Assembly: GCA_035499455.1 (NCBI GenBank)
Contig: DATJYS010000001.1
Coordinates: 21,594-85,593, forward strand
Source of the DNA: Thermoplasmata archaeon
GTDB taxonomy: Archaea > Thermoplasmatota > Thermoplasmata > Lutacidiplasmatales > UBA184
DNA: 64,000 bases
Direction: 5' to 3'
Shown here piece by piece: positions 18,244 through 27,843 of the stretch (within the stretch, counting starts at the first letter, position 1; each line of letters opens with the position of its first letter). The notes below the pieces were generated by a model. The model ran no database searches. It was not told the origin of the DNA and was given only the letters and a program-made list of their open reading frames with translations. Both the position numbers and the translations under genes were made by a program.

Positions 18244-18531
18244 CTACTTGTGCTGCTCGACGAGCTCGAGTTGGCTCGCCCGCCAGCTCCGCGGCTGCAC
18301 GGTGTACTTGCACTTCTTGCACCGGTACTTGAGGTAGACGCGGCGGACCGCCTTCGCCCGGCCCTCCGGCTTCGGTCGGGGAAAGCCCCCGTAGCCACGG
18401 GTGGCGCGGCGGAACCGGCGCTGCCCCCACTTCATCTCGGAGGCGGGCCGCTTCTTGCCCTTCTCGACCTCGTGGTCGGTGTGCAGTTTGCACTTCGGGC
18501 AGTACGTGGACACGGTCTTAGGATAGTGCAT
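18244..18531 (-). CDS. rpl44e: Ribosomal protein L44e
   Basis: MHYPKTVSTYCPKCKLHTDHEVEKGKKRPASEMKWGQRRFRRATRGYGGFPRPKPE...YRCKKCKY. Confidence 0.9.
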   Translation of the reverse strand: MHYPKTVSTYCPKCKLHTDHEVEKGKKRPASEMKWGQRRFRRATRGYGGFPRPKPEGRAKAVRRVYLKYRCKKCKYTVQPRSWRASQLELVEQHK

Positions 18532-18550
18532 CGGGCGCGGCCGAGGTTGA

Positions 18551-18567
18551 TTTCGTATATAGGTATT
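18551..18567 (-). promoter_or_regulatory. TATA-box-like element for the L44e-S27e-aIF2a-Nop10 operon
   Basis: tttcgtatataggtatt. The TATATA at 18556-18561 lies 25-30 nt upstream of the L44e ATG (18531), implying a leaderless or near-leaderless mRNA. Confidence 0.5.
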
Positions 18568-18715
18568 GGGGCGTGGGACGGCAGGCTCCGCGACCGCGCC
18601 GGACCGCACCGGCGGCTCGCGACGGGCGACACGCGCGCCGCTCGCCGAGCGGCGAGCGAACGCTCATATAGGGAAGCCTTTTCGCCGCGCTCGCGTTCTC
18701 ACCTCGGAGACATCG

Positions 18716-19345
18716 ATGGCCGACCGTCCGTCCGTAGAAGCCGTTACCGAAGCGCTCGGGAAAGCCCCGGAGCGCAAGTTCTCCGAGACGGTCGAGCTCT
18801 CCGTGAACATCAAGGACCTCGACCTCTCGGTCCCGAAGAACCGGGTCGAGGACGAGATCCCGCTCCCGAACGGCCGGGGCCGGCCGGTCCGGGTCGCGGT
18901 CATCGGCTCGCCGGAGCTCTGCCAGAAGGTCCGGAACGTCGCGGACGTCGTGATCACCTCCGCCGAGCTCGACGAGTTCGCGAAGGGGGCGAAGAAGGCG
19001 GTCGGCTCGATCGACTTCTTCCTCGCCGAAGCGCCGCTGATGCCGACGATCGGTAAGCGGCTCGGCGTCGTGCTCGGCCCGCGGGGCAAGATGCCCCGGC
19101 CGGTCCCCCCGGGCAGCGACCCAACGAACCTCGTCAATGCTCTCAAGCGGTCGATCCGCATCCGCTCGAAGGGCAAGCGCACGTTCCACGCCCCGGTCGG
19201 CACCCGGAGCATGACCCCCGAGCTGATCGCGCAGAACGTCGACGTCGTCCTGCAGCGGATCGTCGGCAAGCTCGAGCGCGGCCGCTCGAACATCGAGTCG
19301 GTCTACCTGAAGACGACGATGGGTCCGGCCGTTCGGCTGTGGTAG
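18716..19345 (+). CDS. rpl1: Ribosomal protein L1
   Basis: MADRPSVEAVTEALGKAPERKFSETVELSVNIKDLDLSVPKNRVEDEIPLPNGRG. ATG 18716. catatag element at ~18665. Confidence 0.9.
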   Translation: MADRPSVEAVTEALGKAPERKFSETVELSVNIKDLDLSVPKNRVEDEIPLPNGRGRPVRVAVIGSPELCQKVRNVADVVITSAELDEFAKGAKKAVGSIDFFLAEAPLMPTIGKRLGVVLGPRGKMPRPVPPGSDPTNLVNALKRSIRIRSKGKRTFHAPVGTRSMTPELIAQNVDVVLQRIVGKLERGRSNIESVYLKTTMGPAVRLW

Positions 19346-19354
19346 GGCGGATCG

Positions 19355-20215
19355 ATGCCGGGACGAGGATCGGTCCGACCGGAGAAGATCGCCCAGGTCG
19401 ACGCGCTCGCCGAGCAGCTGCTCTCCCGGAAGATCACCGCCGTCGTCGGGCTCCGCGGGGTTCCCGCCTCGGCGCTCCAGTCGATGCGCCGCGAGCTGCG
19501 GAACAAGGACCATCCGATCGTCGTCGCCACGAACAGTTCGATCCGCCACGCGATCGAGCGGGCGGCGAAGAAGCGTCCGTCGCTGAGCCCGCTCCTGGAG
19601 CAGGTCGAGGACCAGACCGCCATCCTCGCGGCGGAAGGCAACCCGTTCTCGCTCGCGCACGAGCTCTCGCAGACCCGGTCTCCGACCCCGGCGCGGGGCG
19701 GCGAGATCGCCCCGAGCGACATCGTCGTGCCGGGCGGCACCACCAGCTTCAAGCCGGGACCGATCGTCGGCGAGCTCCAGCACGCCGGCTTCCCCGCGGC
19801 GATCGAGAAGGGAAAGGTCGTCCTGAAGAAGGACACGACGATCGTCAAGGCCGGGGGGACGATCTCTCGCGAGGTCGCCGGGCTCCTCACGCGGATGGAC
19901 ATCCGGCCCCTCGAGGTCGGCCTCACGCTGCGCGCCGTCGTCGACGGCGATACGTTCTACCCGACCGACGTGCTGTCCGTCGACCTCGATGCGCGGCGCG
20001 CCGACTTCGGCCGCGCCTATCTCGGGGCGCTCGGGGTCGCGCTCGAGCTCGGCATCCTCGCCCCGGAGACGATCGCCCGCCTCGTTACGCGGGCGCACCG
20101 CGGAGCGCTCGCGGTCGCCGTCACCGCCGGCTATCCTACGCCCGAGACCGTCGGACCGATGTTCGCGCAGGCGATGCGCGACGCGGCCGCGGTCGGGCAA
20201 CTGACAGGTCACTGA
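19355..20215 (+). CDS. rpl10: Ribosomal stalk protein L10 (P0)
   Basis: [42 protein letters not shown]. Canonical L1-L10-P1 gene order. Confidence 0.9.
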   Translation: MPGRGSVRPEKIAQVDALAEQLLSRKITAVVGLRGVPASALQSMRRELRNKDHPIVVATNSSIRHAIERAAKKRPSLSPLLEQVEDQTAILAAEGNPFSLAHELSQTRSPTPARGGEIAPSDIVVPGGTTSFKPGPIVGELQHAGFPAAIEKGKVVLKKDTTIVKAGGTISREVAGLLTRMDIRPLEVGLTLRAVVDGDTFYPTDVLSVDLDARRADFGRAYLGALGVALELGILAPETIARLVTRAHRGALAVAVTAGYPTPETVGPMFAQAMRDAAAVGQLTGH

Positions 20216-20246
20216 GGGTTCCCCCGAAGTCCACGGAGTGAGAGAG

Positions 20247-20558
20247 ATGGAGTACGTCTACGGTGCGCTGCTGTTGAACGCCGCCAAGAAGCCGATCGAT
20301 GAGAAGGGGATCACCGGGGTCCTCAGCGCGGCGGGTGTTGCGCCGGACGGACCGCGGGTGAAGGCGCTGCTCGCCTCGCTCGAGGGCGTGAACCTCGCCG
20401 AGCTTCTCACCAAGGCCGAAACGTTCGCCGCTCCCGCGGCCGCTCCGGCGGTTGAAGGGAAGGGCGGCAAGGCCGAGAAGAAGGAAGAGGAGAAGAAGGA
20501 AGAGAAGGGCGTCTCCGAGGAAGAGGCGGCCGAAGGCCTCTCCGCTCTCTTCGGCTAA
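20247..20558 (+). CDS. rpl12: Ribosomal stalk protein P1 (L12)
   Basis: [30 protein letters not shown]...[26 protein letters not shown] (acidic tail ending LFG). Confidence 0.9.
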   Translation: MEYVYGALLLNAAKKPIDEKGITGVLSAAGVAPDGPRVKALLASLEGVNLAELLTKAETFAAPAAAPAVEGKGGKAEKKEEEKKEEKGVSEEEAAEGLSALFG

Positions 20559-20755
20559 GCCGGCGCGACCGGCCCACCGGGGCGCGGCGCCCGCCGCGCC
20601 CCCGGCCCCCCATCCCCGACGGAATCCCGACGCGTCGTTCCGGCGGTCCCGACCCGCTCGACGGGAGCCCAGAGGTTACCTCCGCGCGCCGAACCGTTTA
20701 AGACCCGAGGTCGGGTGAGTAGAGCCGGAGGCCGGGGCCGGCCTCTCTACGATCG

Positions 20756-22162
20756 ATGGGTGCCCGAGAGTTCTGTGGCGTGGTCGGCGTGTCGCTCCAG
20801 GGCAAAGGAGCGGCGCCGTACCTGTTCCGCGGCCTGCGCGCCCTCCAGCACCGCGGCCAGGAGTCGGCCGGGATCGGCACGACCAGCCACGGCAAGCTGT
20901 TCCACCGCAAGGGGATGGGCCTCGTCCACGAGATCTTCACGCAGGAGATGCTCGACACGCTCCGCGGGCCGGTCGGGATCGGGCACGTCCGCTACTCGAC
21001 CACGGGGTCGAGCGACCTCGAGAACGCGCAGCCGATCGTGGTGAAGATCCACGACCAGGACGCCGCCATCGCGCACAACGGCGACATCGTGAACTTCGAG
21101 CGGATCCGCCGGCGGCTGCAGGCGCAGGGCGTCGACCTGCTCGGCAACGCCGACACGGAGACGATGGCGCAGCTGATCGCGCTCGAGTACGGCCGAACGC
21201 GCGACCTCGAGGCCGCGATCCGGCGCGCGTGCACGGAGATCGTCGGGGGGTACGCGGTCGTCCTCCTGGTCGGGAGCCGGGTCTACGGATTCCGCGACCC
21301 GCTCGGCATCCGTCCGCTCGTCTTCGGGACGATCGACGGCGGGGTGGCGGTGGCGAGCGAGTCGGTCGCCCTCGAGCTGATGGGCGGCAAGGCGCTCCGC
21401 GAGGTCGCCCCCGGCGAGGTCGTCGTGCTCGAGAAGGGGCAGCTCGCCCGCTCCTCGCACATCCCGGGCAACGGGGAGCGCGCGCACTGCATGTTCGAGT
21501 GGGTCTACTTCTCCCGGCCGGACTCGATCGCCGAGGGCCAGCCGATCTACGACGTGCGCCACCGGATCGGACAGCGCCTCGCGGCAGACAGCCCGGTGGA
21601 AGCGGACATCGTCGTTCCCGTCCCGGACTCCGCCCGCCCGGCCGCGCTCGGATACGCCGAGCGCTCCGGGATCCCGTACGCGGAGGCGCTGATCAAGAAC
21701 CGGTTCGTGGAACGGACGTTCATCCTCCCGGACCAGCGGCGCCGGGAGTTCGAGGTCCGCGTGAAGCTCCACCCCGTCCCGGGGCTCCTCAAGGGGAAGC
21801 GGGTCGTGCTGATCGACGACTCGATCGTGCGCGGCACGACCCTGAGCGAGATCGTCCAGATGGTCCGGTCGGCCGGGGCGACCCGGGTCGACGTGCGGAT
21901 CGGTTGCCCTCCGATCCAGGCCCCGTGCTACTTCGGCGTCGACATGAAGGAGCGCAAGGAGCTCGTGGCGTACGGCCGGACCGAGGAGGAGATCGCCAAG
22001 ATCATCGGCGCCGACAGCGTGCGCTATCTCTCGATCCCGGGGCTCGTCGACTCGATCGGGCTGAAGGGCGAGAGCCTCTGCCTCGGGTGCCTGACCGGCC
22101 GCTACCCGGTCGAGGTCCCCGAAGAGCGCCACCGGTTCCAGAAGTCGCTCGCGGAGTTCTGA
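20756..22162 (+). CDS. purF: Amidophosphoribosyltransferase
   Basis: MGAREFCGVVGVSLQGKGAAPYLFRGLRALQHRGQESAGI (Ntn Cys). PRTase motif KRVVLIDDSIVRGTT. C-terminal Cys cluster. Confidence 0.9.
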   Translation: MGAREFCGVVGVSLQGKGAAPYLFRGLRALQHRGQESAGIGTTSHGKLFHRKGMGLVHEIFTQEMLDTLRGPVGIGHVRYSTTGSSDLENAQPIVVKIHDQDAAIAHNGDIVNFERIRRRLQAQGVDLLGNADTETMAQLIALEYGRTRDLEAAIRRACTEIVGGYAVVLLVGSRVYGFRDPLGIRPLVFGTIDGGVAVASESVALELMGGKALREVAPGEVVVLEKGQLARSSHIPGNGERAHCMFEWVYFSRPDSIAEGQPIYDVRHRIGQRLAADSPVEADIVVPVPDSARPAALGYAERSGIPYAEALIKNRFVERTFILPDQRRREFEVRVKLHPVPGLLKGKRVVLIDDSIVRGTTLSEIVQMVRSAGATRVDVRIGCPPIQAPCYFGVDMKERKELVAYGRTEEEIAKIIGADSVRYLSIPGLVDSIGLKGESLCLGCLTGRYPVEVPEERHRFQKSLAEF

Positions 22163-22468
22163 GGGGGACGTAGGAGGTTTGACGCCGAGGTTGTTCGCGC
22201 CCCACTTGTGTCGTCGCAACCGCAGATGCACGACGTTCGACAAGTGGATCCTGACAGGTTGGAGCTGGGTTGCGCGCGACCTGACCAAGCACAACGAGTA
22301 TGGCATCAGGACCGGAGCCCTCTCATCGAGAGTCCTCGTCAGGATGGGTGGCGGCACGCGGACTCCGGATTTGACGTAAACCGCGTGGCGGCCATGCCAG
22401 GAAATCGGCTTTTGAGGCCGACTCGCCCCTGACTGACAAAGTCTAACGCGACCGTCTAGGGTCCTGCG

Positions 22469-22873
22469 TCAAGCTAGGACCGGACTCGCGACGTAAGTGC
22501 CGGTGACGACTGCCGTCGGCAAGCAGGTGTATAGACAAAGAGTGCCGAACACGTATCCACCGCCATTGCTCTCGAAGGTTCCAGCGCCGGATGTCCCGTT
22601 GACGAGGTACTTCAGTTCCATCGGAGCGCAACTCCACATCCCGAATTCCGTAGGAGAAGTCGCCGCCCAGTGGAAAGTAAAGTTAGTCCCGTTCACTGGC
22701 GACACAATCGCATCACCGCTGCAGTTGAAGTACGGGTCAGTCATGACGGGGCCCAAGAGAGTAAAGGATCGAGTCGAATCATCTGAACTGGGCGCCGAGT
22801 AGCCCGAAAGGATCGCCGCACTGCAGCCTAGAACGGCCGATAGGCAAACTGCGACCACCCAGACAGCCTTCAC
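22469..22873 (-). CDS. Small secreted Cys-containing protein (lipobox-like signal), unknown function
   Basis: MKAVWVVAVCLSAVLGCSAAIL (L-G-C lipobox-like), then NCSG, WSCAP and LCLYTCLP cysteines. Sits in the lower-G+C islet. No family recognised. Confidence 0.5.
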   Translation of the reverse strand: MKAVWVVAVCLSAVLGCSAAILSGYSAPSSDDSTRSFTLLGPVMTDPYFNCSGDAIVSPVNGTNFTFHWAATSPTEFGMWSCAPMELKYLVNGTSGAGTFESNGGGYVFGTLCLYTCLPTAVVTGTYVASPVLA

Positions 22874-23470
22874 GCGCCGCCCTCCCGTTGAAGATATCGC
22901 AAAGGATTCGATAAGCGTTGCTGCCCGAGAGAGAACGTTCGCTTACGCTGCCTTCGGTAGGCAAGTTAGGGGCGACAGTGTCTGCCTACCCTCTTGAGAC
23001 CCGAACCGCGTCAGAGCTCCTCTGTAGCGGTGGGGACATTAAGGGCTAGCGGGAAGATGAGGGAGTCCCGAGCTCCTCGTGCGTCGAGCGAGGCTCCGAG
23101 CTCAGGAATGGGGGGGATCCACAAATCCTAACGACGGCCCTAGACTAAGCTTGTACTACCACCGTGCCCTTCACGTCGCCGACCCCGCACCGATATCAAA
23201 GACAGGGCCCAGCCCCAGAGCTCTAGAACCCAATGAGCCCAGCCAGTGGCCGAAGCCCCTGATCCCCATCAAAGATCTCGACGTTTGCATGTGATTGAAA
23301 CATAGCCCTGCGGGAGCGAGTCCTCAGCGTTGGTTTGCACACGGGATGTCGAGCATGCAGGGAAAGCCCAGCATGTCGGGCCGGGCAACGCCCCAAGAGC
23401 TATCGGGCCCCGCCTACTGGACCTCGCGGCGCCTCGTATTGTACTCAATGCCGTGGGAGACATCAAGTAA

Positions 23471-24649
23471 ATGGGGCGGGTTACAATACGCTCAGCTGTG
23501 AATCGGGTCCGATTCTCGACACGGCCTGAATCGCGTGGAAGGGGCCCGCGTTCATCGACACCGGCGCACCCCCTTCTGGCGAACGGATTCCGAGTGGTAG
23601 GCGGCTTCTCTGTGGCGTTGCTCGCCCTTACCGGAACCTTGTCCGTAACCGCGGCTCCTCCCCCTCCCTTGCCATCAGGCACTTACGCTTACTTCGACTG
23701 CCTTCACGCTGCTATCACATTGAACTCGACGACCGTGTGCCATGATCAGCTTAGTCATCAGGTCGGGATAGCGCCAGGATCCGGAGGGAGCTTCCACTGG
23801 ACTATGACTTCGTCTCCAGACAGTGGTTACAGCTTTGCCTACTGGACCGCGAGCGGAGCTTGCTTAGGTTCTGCGTGTACCAGTCCCTCCTCCTCAAACC
23901 CGGTGAGGCTCAGTGTGACTTGTCCCGCCGGACAGCGCTGTCAGCCGACGGTCGAGCTAGCGGTGAACTACCCTCTGGTTGCGCCTGACAATTCACCGTG
24001 GGCGGGGTACGCGGTCACGGGGCCAACAGGAAGTGTGACCAAGGTTTCCGGCTCGTGGGTACAGCCCACAATCACCTGTTCTCCTAGTACTTCCTCCCAT
24101 TCTTCCTTCTGGGTAGGAATCGATGGCTACAACTATCATCAGACGTCAAATACGGTAGAACAGGCCGGAGTCGCGGGGTACTGTACGAGGGCTGGCACCC
24201 CCGCCTGCGAGGCCTGGTACCAGTTCGTACCTTCGGCCGGGGTTGATATCACGAATATCACACCTTCCGCCGGCGACATCGTCTCGGTGACGGTCTCATA
24301 CAATGCGGCTACTGCCATGTTCACGGTCAACTTGACGGATGGATCAGCCAGATTCTCCATAAGCCACAGCAATAGCATGGCCAAAGAGAATTCAGCTGAA
24401 TGCATCGCGGAAGACACCGTGCTCGGGAGCGGAAATTTTGCAGACTTCGGAGTCGCAGACTTTGGGAGCACCTATACAACGTCAGTTGGCTGCAGCGCGA
24501 AGATTAACGGGACCTCTGAGTCCTTCGGAGATTTCTCAACAACGACCGCTGTGGAGGTCGTAGACTCTTCGGGTAATGTGCTTGCGACAGTCTCTCCGCT
24601 CGACCCGCTTGGATCCAGCTTTTCGGTTACGTGGCAGCGCGCGACGTAG
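23471..24649 (+). CDS. Glutamic peptidase, family G1 (eqolisin / scytalidoglutamic-peptidase-like) with N-terminal B-repeat-like domain
   Basis: - Ordered G1 motifs: NSPWAGYAV, SFWVGIDGY, VEQAGVAG (catalytic Gln position), EAWYQFVP, AGDIVSVTV, NSAECIAED (catalytic Glu position), GNFADFGVADFG.
- N-terminal SGYSFAYWTASGACLG resembles InlB-type B-repeats.
- Start is uncertain. A hydrophobic segment VVGGFSVALLALTGTL lies ~45 aa in. Confidence 0.75.
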   Translation: MGRVTIRSAVNRVRFSTRPESRGRGPRSSTPAHPLLANGFRVVGGFSVALLALTGTLSVTAAPPPPLPSGTYAYFDCLHAAITLNSTTVCHDQLSHQVGIAPGSGGSFHWTMTSSPDSGYSFAYWTASGACLGSACTSPSSSNPVRLSVTCPAGQRCQPTVELAVNYPLVAPDNSPWAGYAVTGPTGSVTKVSGSWVQPTITCSPSTSSHSSFWVGIDGYNYHQTSNTVEQAGVAGYCTRAGTPACEAWYQFVPSAGVDITNITPSAGDIVSVTVSYNAATAMFTVNLTDGSARFSISHSNSMAKENSAECIAEDTVLGSGNFADFGVADFGSTYTTSVGCSAKINGTSESFGDFSTTTAVEVVDSSGNVLATVSPLDPLGSSFSVTWQRAT

Positions 24650-25001
24650 CACTCAGATTCGTACTAGCACTTCCAGAGGCTGCTTCGATAGGCATCCCTC
24701 GCAAACCCGGATTCGCGCTCATGCCTCCGCGGAGAATCGGCTACCTGTCAACTCGGTTCCCAGCGTCCTGCATTAGGAGAGAGGTGACGCCTTGTAACTC
24801 GCATTTATGGATGAGGCCCCGGCCGCCAAGTTCTCGGTTTCAGGGCAGGCTCAGATTGTTATCGCAATCGCGCTGAACGCCTGGGCGCTGCGTGCGCCGG
24901 CGTGTTCTTAAGTCGCCGTAGTAGGATGGGCAGGCAGAGGGCAGGTGTCAGGTCTCAAGCGACCTCTGGTTTCTATGGAATCCCTCGCGGAGTTCTAGCG
25001 C

Positions 25002-25919
25002 GTGAGCGCGGCGCTCGTCATCCCGTTCGGACCGGTCCTCTATCTCGTACCCCCCACGAGCGACCGGCCCTCGGCCCACCGTCTATCGGTCGGCCGCGGC
25101 CCCCTCCGGCCGGCGATCGACCTGCGCCCCGACGCCGTCCCCTCCTCCCTGCTCGAGGCGATCGATCGCCTGCCGGACGGCACGGAGCTGCGGGCGGCGA
25201 CCCCGGCCCTGGTGCGGGCGCTCTCGGTGCGCACCTCGAGGACGGTCGGGCCGTCGGGAACGGCCGAGTGGCGCGACGCTCGACATCGACTGCCACCGGG
25301 CGACGTCGGATCGGAGCGGGAGTACCTCCGGGACCTGGCCGAAGCGGAGCTGACCCGGGCGCTTCGGTCGCCCGAAGAGCTCCTCATCACCCTCGCCCGG
25401 GAGGAGGAGCGGCTCGAGCGGACCGTCGGTCGCGAACGGCGGGCCGCCGAAGCGATGCTCGCCGTCCCCGACTCCCCGCTCGTCTCGTATGCCGAGCGGT
25501 GGGCCGAGACGCGCGGAGTGCTCGAGGAGCACTACCGCGCCCTCGGGCAGACGCTCGAGGACGCCGCACGATCGGCCGTCCCGAACCTCGCGGCGGTCGT
25601 CGGCGCGCGCGTCGCGGCGCGACTGGTCGCGGCCGCCGGTGGGGTCGCCCCCCTGGGGCGGATGCGGGCCGCCCGCCTACAGCTGCTCGGATCTCGCCGA
25701 CGGCCGTCCCCGGAGCGAGGCCCCCGGTTCGGTGTGATCTTCCGGGCCGAGCGCATGAACGACGTTCCGCTGGAACGACGGGCGGCGTACGCGCGGTCGC
25801 TGGCGGCCCTCGCGGCGATCGCCGTGCGGGCCGATGCGACCACGCGCCGGGCGATCTCTCCCGCCCTCGTCCGTCGCCGAGACCGCCGTATCGAGGAGCT
25901 GGCGCGGAGGGGCCGATGA
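25002..25919 (+). CDS. nop5: C/D box sRNP core protein Nop5 (Nop56/58), compact form
   Basis: NLAAVVGARVAARLVAAAGGVAPLGRMRAARLQLLG...PRFGVIFRAERM...RRAAYARSLAALAAIAVRADA. GTG start. Stop overlaps the fibrillarin ATG (ATGA). Confidence 0.8.
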   Translation: MSAALVIPFGPVLYLVPPTSDRPSAHRLSVGRGPLRPAIDLRPDAVPSSLLEAIDRLPDGTELRAATPALVRALSVRTSRTVGPSGTAEWRDARHRLPPGDVGSEREYLRDLAEAELTRALRSPEELLITLAREEERLERTVGRERRAAEAMLAVPDSPLVSYAERWAETRGVLEEHYRALGQTLEDAARSAVPNLAAVVGARVAARLVAAAGGVAPLGRMRAARLQLLGSRRRPSPERGPRFGVIFRAERMNDVPLERRAAYARSLAALAAIAVRADATTRRAISPALVRRRDRRIEELARRGR

Positions 25920-26680
25920 GAACGGCGCGCCGATTCGAGACCGAGCGAGACTCTCCGCGTCTCGTGCGCCGGCGCTCCGACGATCGGATCGAGCTGTGGA
26001 CCGAGACGGTCGGCGAGCTTCCCCCTGCGTACGGGGAAGGATGGATGGAGCGCGACGGACGCGCGTTCCGACGCTTCGAACCCGCGCGCTCGAAGCTCTC
26101 GGCGGGGATCGTCGCGGGCTGGACGGGCCCGCTCCCCCGGCCGGACGAACGGTGGCTCTACCTCGGCGCGGCGAGCGGCACGACGGCGACGCATGTTGCG
26201 GACCTGGTCGGTCCGGGCGGGCGGGTCTACGCGGTCGAGCGGAGCCTCCGACCGTTCGCGCGACTTCTCGCCACGAGCGCGCGGTGGCCGAACCTGCTTC
26301 CGATCCTGGGGGACGCACGAGCCCCCGAGGGGTACGCCGACCTCGTGCCCGAGGTCGACGGCCTCTACGCCGACATCGCTCAACCCGACCAGGTCGACAT
26401 CGTCCGCGCGAACGCGGCCCTGCTGCTTGGCGGAGACGGGGCGGCGATCGTCGTCGCGCTGAAGACCGCGAGCATGGGCCGGGAGCAGAGCGCGGTCCGG
26501 CATCGGGACTCCGCCGAGACCCGCCTCGCGGACGGCGTCGACCTCGTCCCGGGGGTGCGGCTCGAGCCGTTCCACCGCGGCCACTATCTGATCGGGGGGA
26601 CCGTGCGCTCGGCCGGGGCCCGGCCTCCGCGCCCCGTCAGTCGGCCGCGCGCGATGAGCCGCGGGCCACGACGACGGTGA
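25916..26680 (+). CDS. flpA: Fibrillarin (rRNA/tRNA 2'-O-methyltransferase)
   Basis: FRRFEPARSKLSAGIVAGW...RWLYLGAASGTTATHVADLVGPGGRVYAVE...NLLPILGDARAPEGY...VDGLYADIAQPDQ. Only the last 254 codons of track ORF 24902..26680 are the gene. Confidence 0.85.
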   Translation: MRTARRFETERDSPRLVRRRSDDRIELWTETVGELPPAYGEGWMERDGRAFRRFEPARSKLSAGIVAGWTGPLPRPDERWLYLGAASGTTATHVADLVGPGGRVYAVERSLRPFARLLATSARWPNLLPILGDARAPEGYADLVPEVDGLYADIAQPDQVDIVRANAALLLGGDGAAIVVALKTASMGREQSAVRHRDSAETRLADGVDLVPGVRLEPFHRGHYLIGGTVRSAGARPPRPVSRPRAMSRGPRRR

Positions 26681-27758
26681 CGACGTCCTCGTCGTCGAGG
26701 ACGTGATCCCGGCCCACGGTCTGACCCGGAAACCGGGCGCTGGGGCCCCACACCTGCGCCGCCTTGAACGTCCGCTCGAGCTCGCCCGGGAGCCGGCGCA
26801 GCAGCTCCGTCACCGTGTCGCCGCGCCGCAGGATCACCGGCTCCTCGCGGTCGGGGGGGCGGCCCGGAGGCTTCACGTAGATCCGGATGAAGCGGAGCGC
26901 CCGTCCGATCCGGTCGACCAGCTCGGGGATCCCGGTGCCGTCGCGCGCGCTGATGTACGACGGTACGAACGGCTGCACGGCGATCGCGAGCCGATGGCGG
27001 TCCTCGGCCGTCAGGTACTCCGACTTGTTCACGGCGAGCAGCGCCGGCAGGTAGACCCGATTGCCGGCGAGCACGTCGATCAGCTCGTCCGGGGTGGCGT
27101 CCTCGCGGAAGACGATCGTTCCGTTGTGGAAGCCGAACTCCCGGGCGATCGGCGTCGCGAGGCCCCCCGCGAGGTGGGTCAGGCGGACCGTGCTCGAGAT
27201 CGTGAGACCGCCGCGGTCGACGTGGGTGACGACCACGCGGGGCGGTCGGGCGTTGATGCGGACCGCCGCCCCTTCGAGCTCCTGCACCAGCGCGCGCAGG
27301 TTCGAATGCTCCGGGTCGATGAGGAACAGGATCAGGTCGACCGAGCGCACGACGGAAAGCACCTCCCGCCCCCGGCCGCGACCGATCGCCGCCCCGGGAA
27401 CGAGACCGGGCATGTCGAGGATCTGGATCGAAGCGCCGCCCCAGCGCATCATCCCGGGAATGATCGAGACCGTCGTGAAGTCGTAAGCACCGACCTCGCT
27501 GTCGGCGGCGGTCAGGCGGTTCAGGAGAGTCGACTTTCCCACCGATGGGTACCCGACGAGGCCCACGGTCGCGTGGCCGCTCTTCCGGACGGAGTAGCCG
27601 GTCCCCCCGCCCTTCCCCTTCGAGCGGACCTCCCGCTCCAGGCGGAGGACGGCGAGCTTCGCCTTCAGCCGGCCGATGTGCCCCTGCGTCGCCTTGTTGT
27701 AGGAGGTCTTCCGGATCTCGTCCTCGACCGCGACGATCTGCTCTTCCAGCGACGGCAT
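26637..27758 (-). CDS. DRG-family GTPase with TGS domain
   Basis: IRKTSYNKATQGHIGRLKAKLAVLR, then G1 motif VGLVGYPSVGKSTLLNRLT and ILDMPGLVPGAAIGRGRG. C-terminal TGS GDTVTELLRRLPGE...VGRDHVLDDEDVVTVV. Confidence 0.85.
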   Translation of the reverse strand: MPSLEEQIVAVEDEIRKTSYNKATQGHIGRLKAKLAVLRLEREVRSKGKGGGTGYSVRKSGHATVGLVGYPSVGKSTLLNRLTAADSEVGAYDFTTVSIIPGMMRWGGASIQILDMPGLVPGAAIGRGRGREVLSVVRSVDLILFLIDPEHSNLRALVQELEGAAVRINARPPRVVVTHVDRGGLTISSTVRLTHLAGGLATPIAREFGFHNGTIVFREDATPDELIDVLAGNRVYLPALLAVNKSEYLTAEDRHRLAIAVQPFVPSYISARDGTGIPELVDRIGRALRFIRIYVKPPGRPPDREEPVILRRGDTVTELLRRLPGELERTFKAAQVWGPSARFPGQTVGRDHVLDDEDVVTVVVARGSSRAAD

Positions 27759-27843
27759 CGAAGACCCGGTACCTTCCCGGTGGAGCGCGCCGTACTTGAG
27801 GCTGGCGACGCGCCGTTCATCGTTCGTCCCGACGCGCGATCGG

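Noticed and set aside
18518-20212. 564-aa minus-strand ORF
   Set aside because: It is antisense to the unmistakable L1 and L10 genes, with an R/D/G-rich translation.
20747-22357. 536-aa minus-strand ORF
   Set aside because: It is antisense to purF and has no recognisable motifs.
22163-22468. tRNA or att site at the left edge of the low-G+C islet
   Set aside because: The 10-mer gaccggagcc here (22303-22312) also occurs in the tRNA fragment at 56471-56480. However, there is no T-loop or cloverleaf context, so a 10-nt match in G+C-rich DNA is likely chance.
24650-25001. C/D box sRNA upstream of nop5-fibrillarin
   Set aside because: I searched by eye for RUGAUGA...CUGA box pairs. Only a weak GGAUGAG (around 24811) was found, with no properly spaced CUGA, so support is insufficient.
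24902-25915. Long N-terminal extension of the fibrillarin reading frame (track ORF 24902..26680)
   Set aside because: This part overlaps nop5 in another frame and is R/G/P-rich. Fibrillarin homology begins at ATG 25916, which is coupled to the nop5 stop (ATGA).
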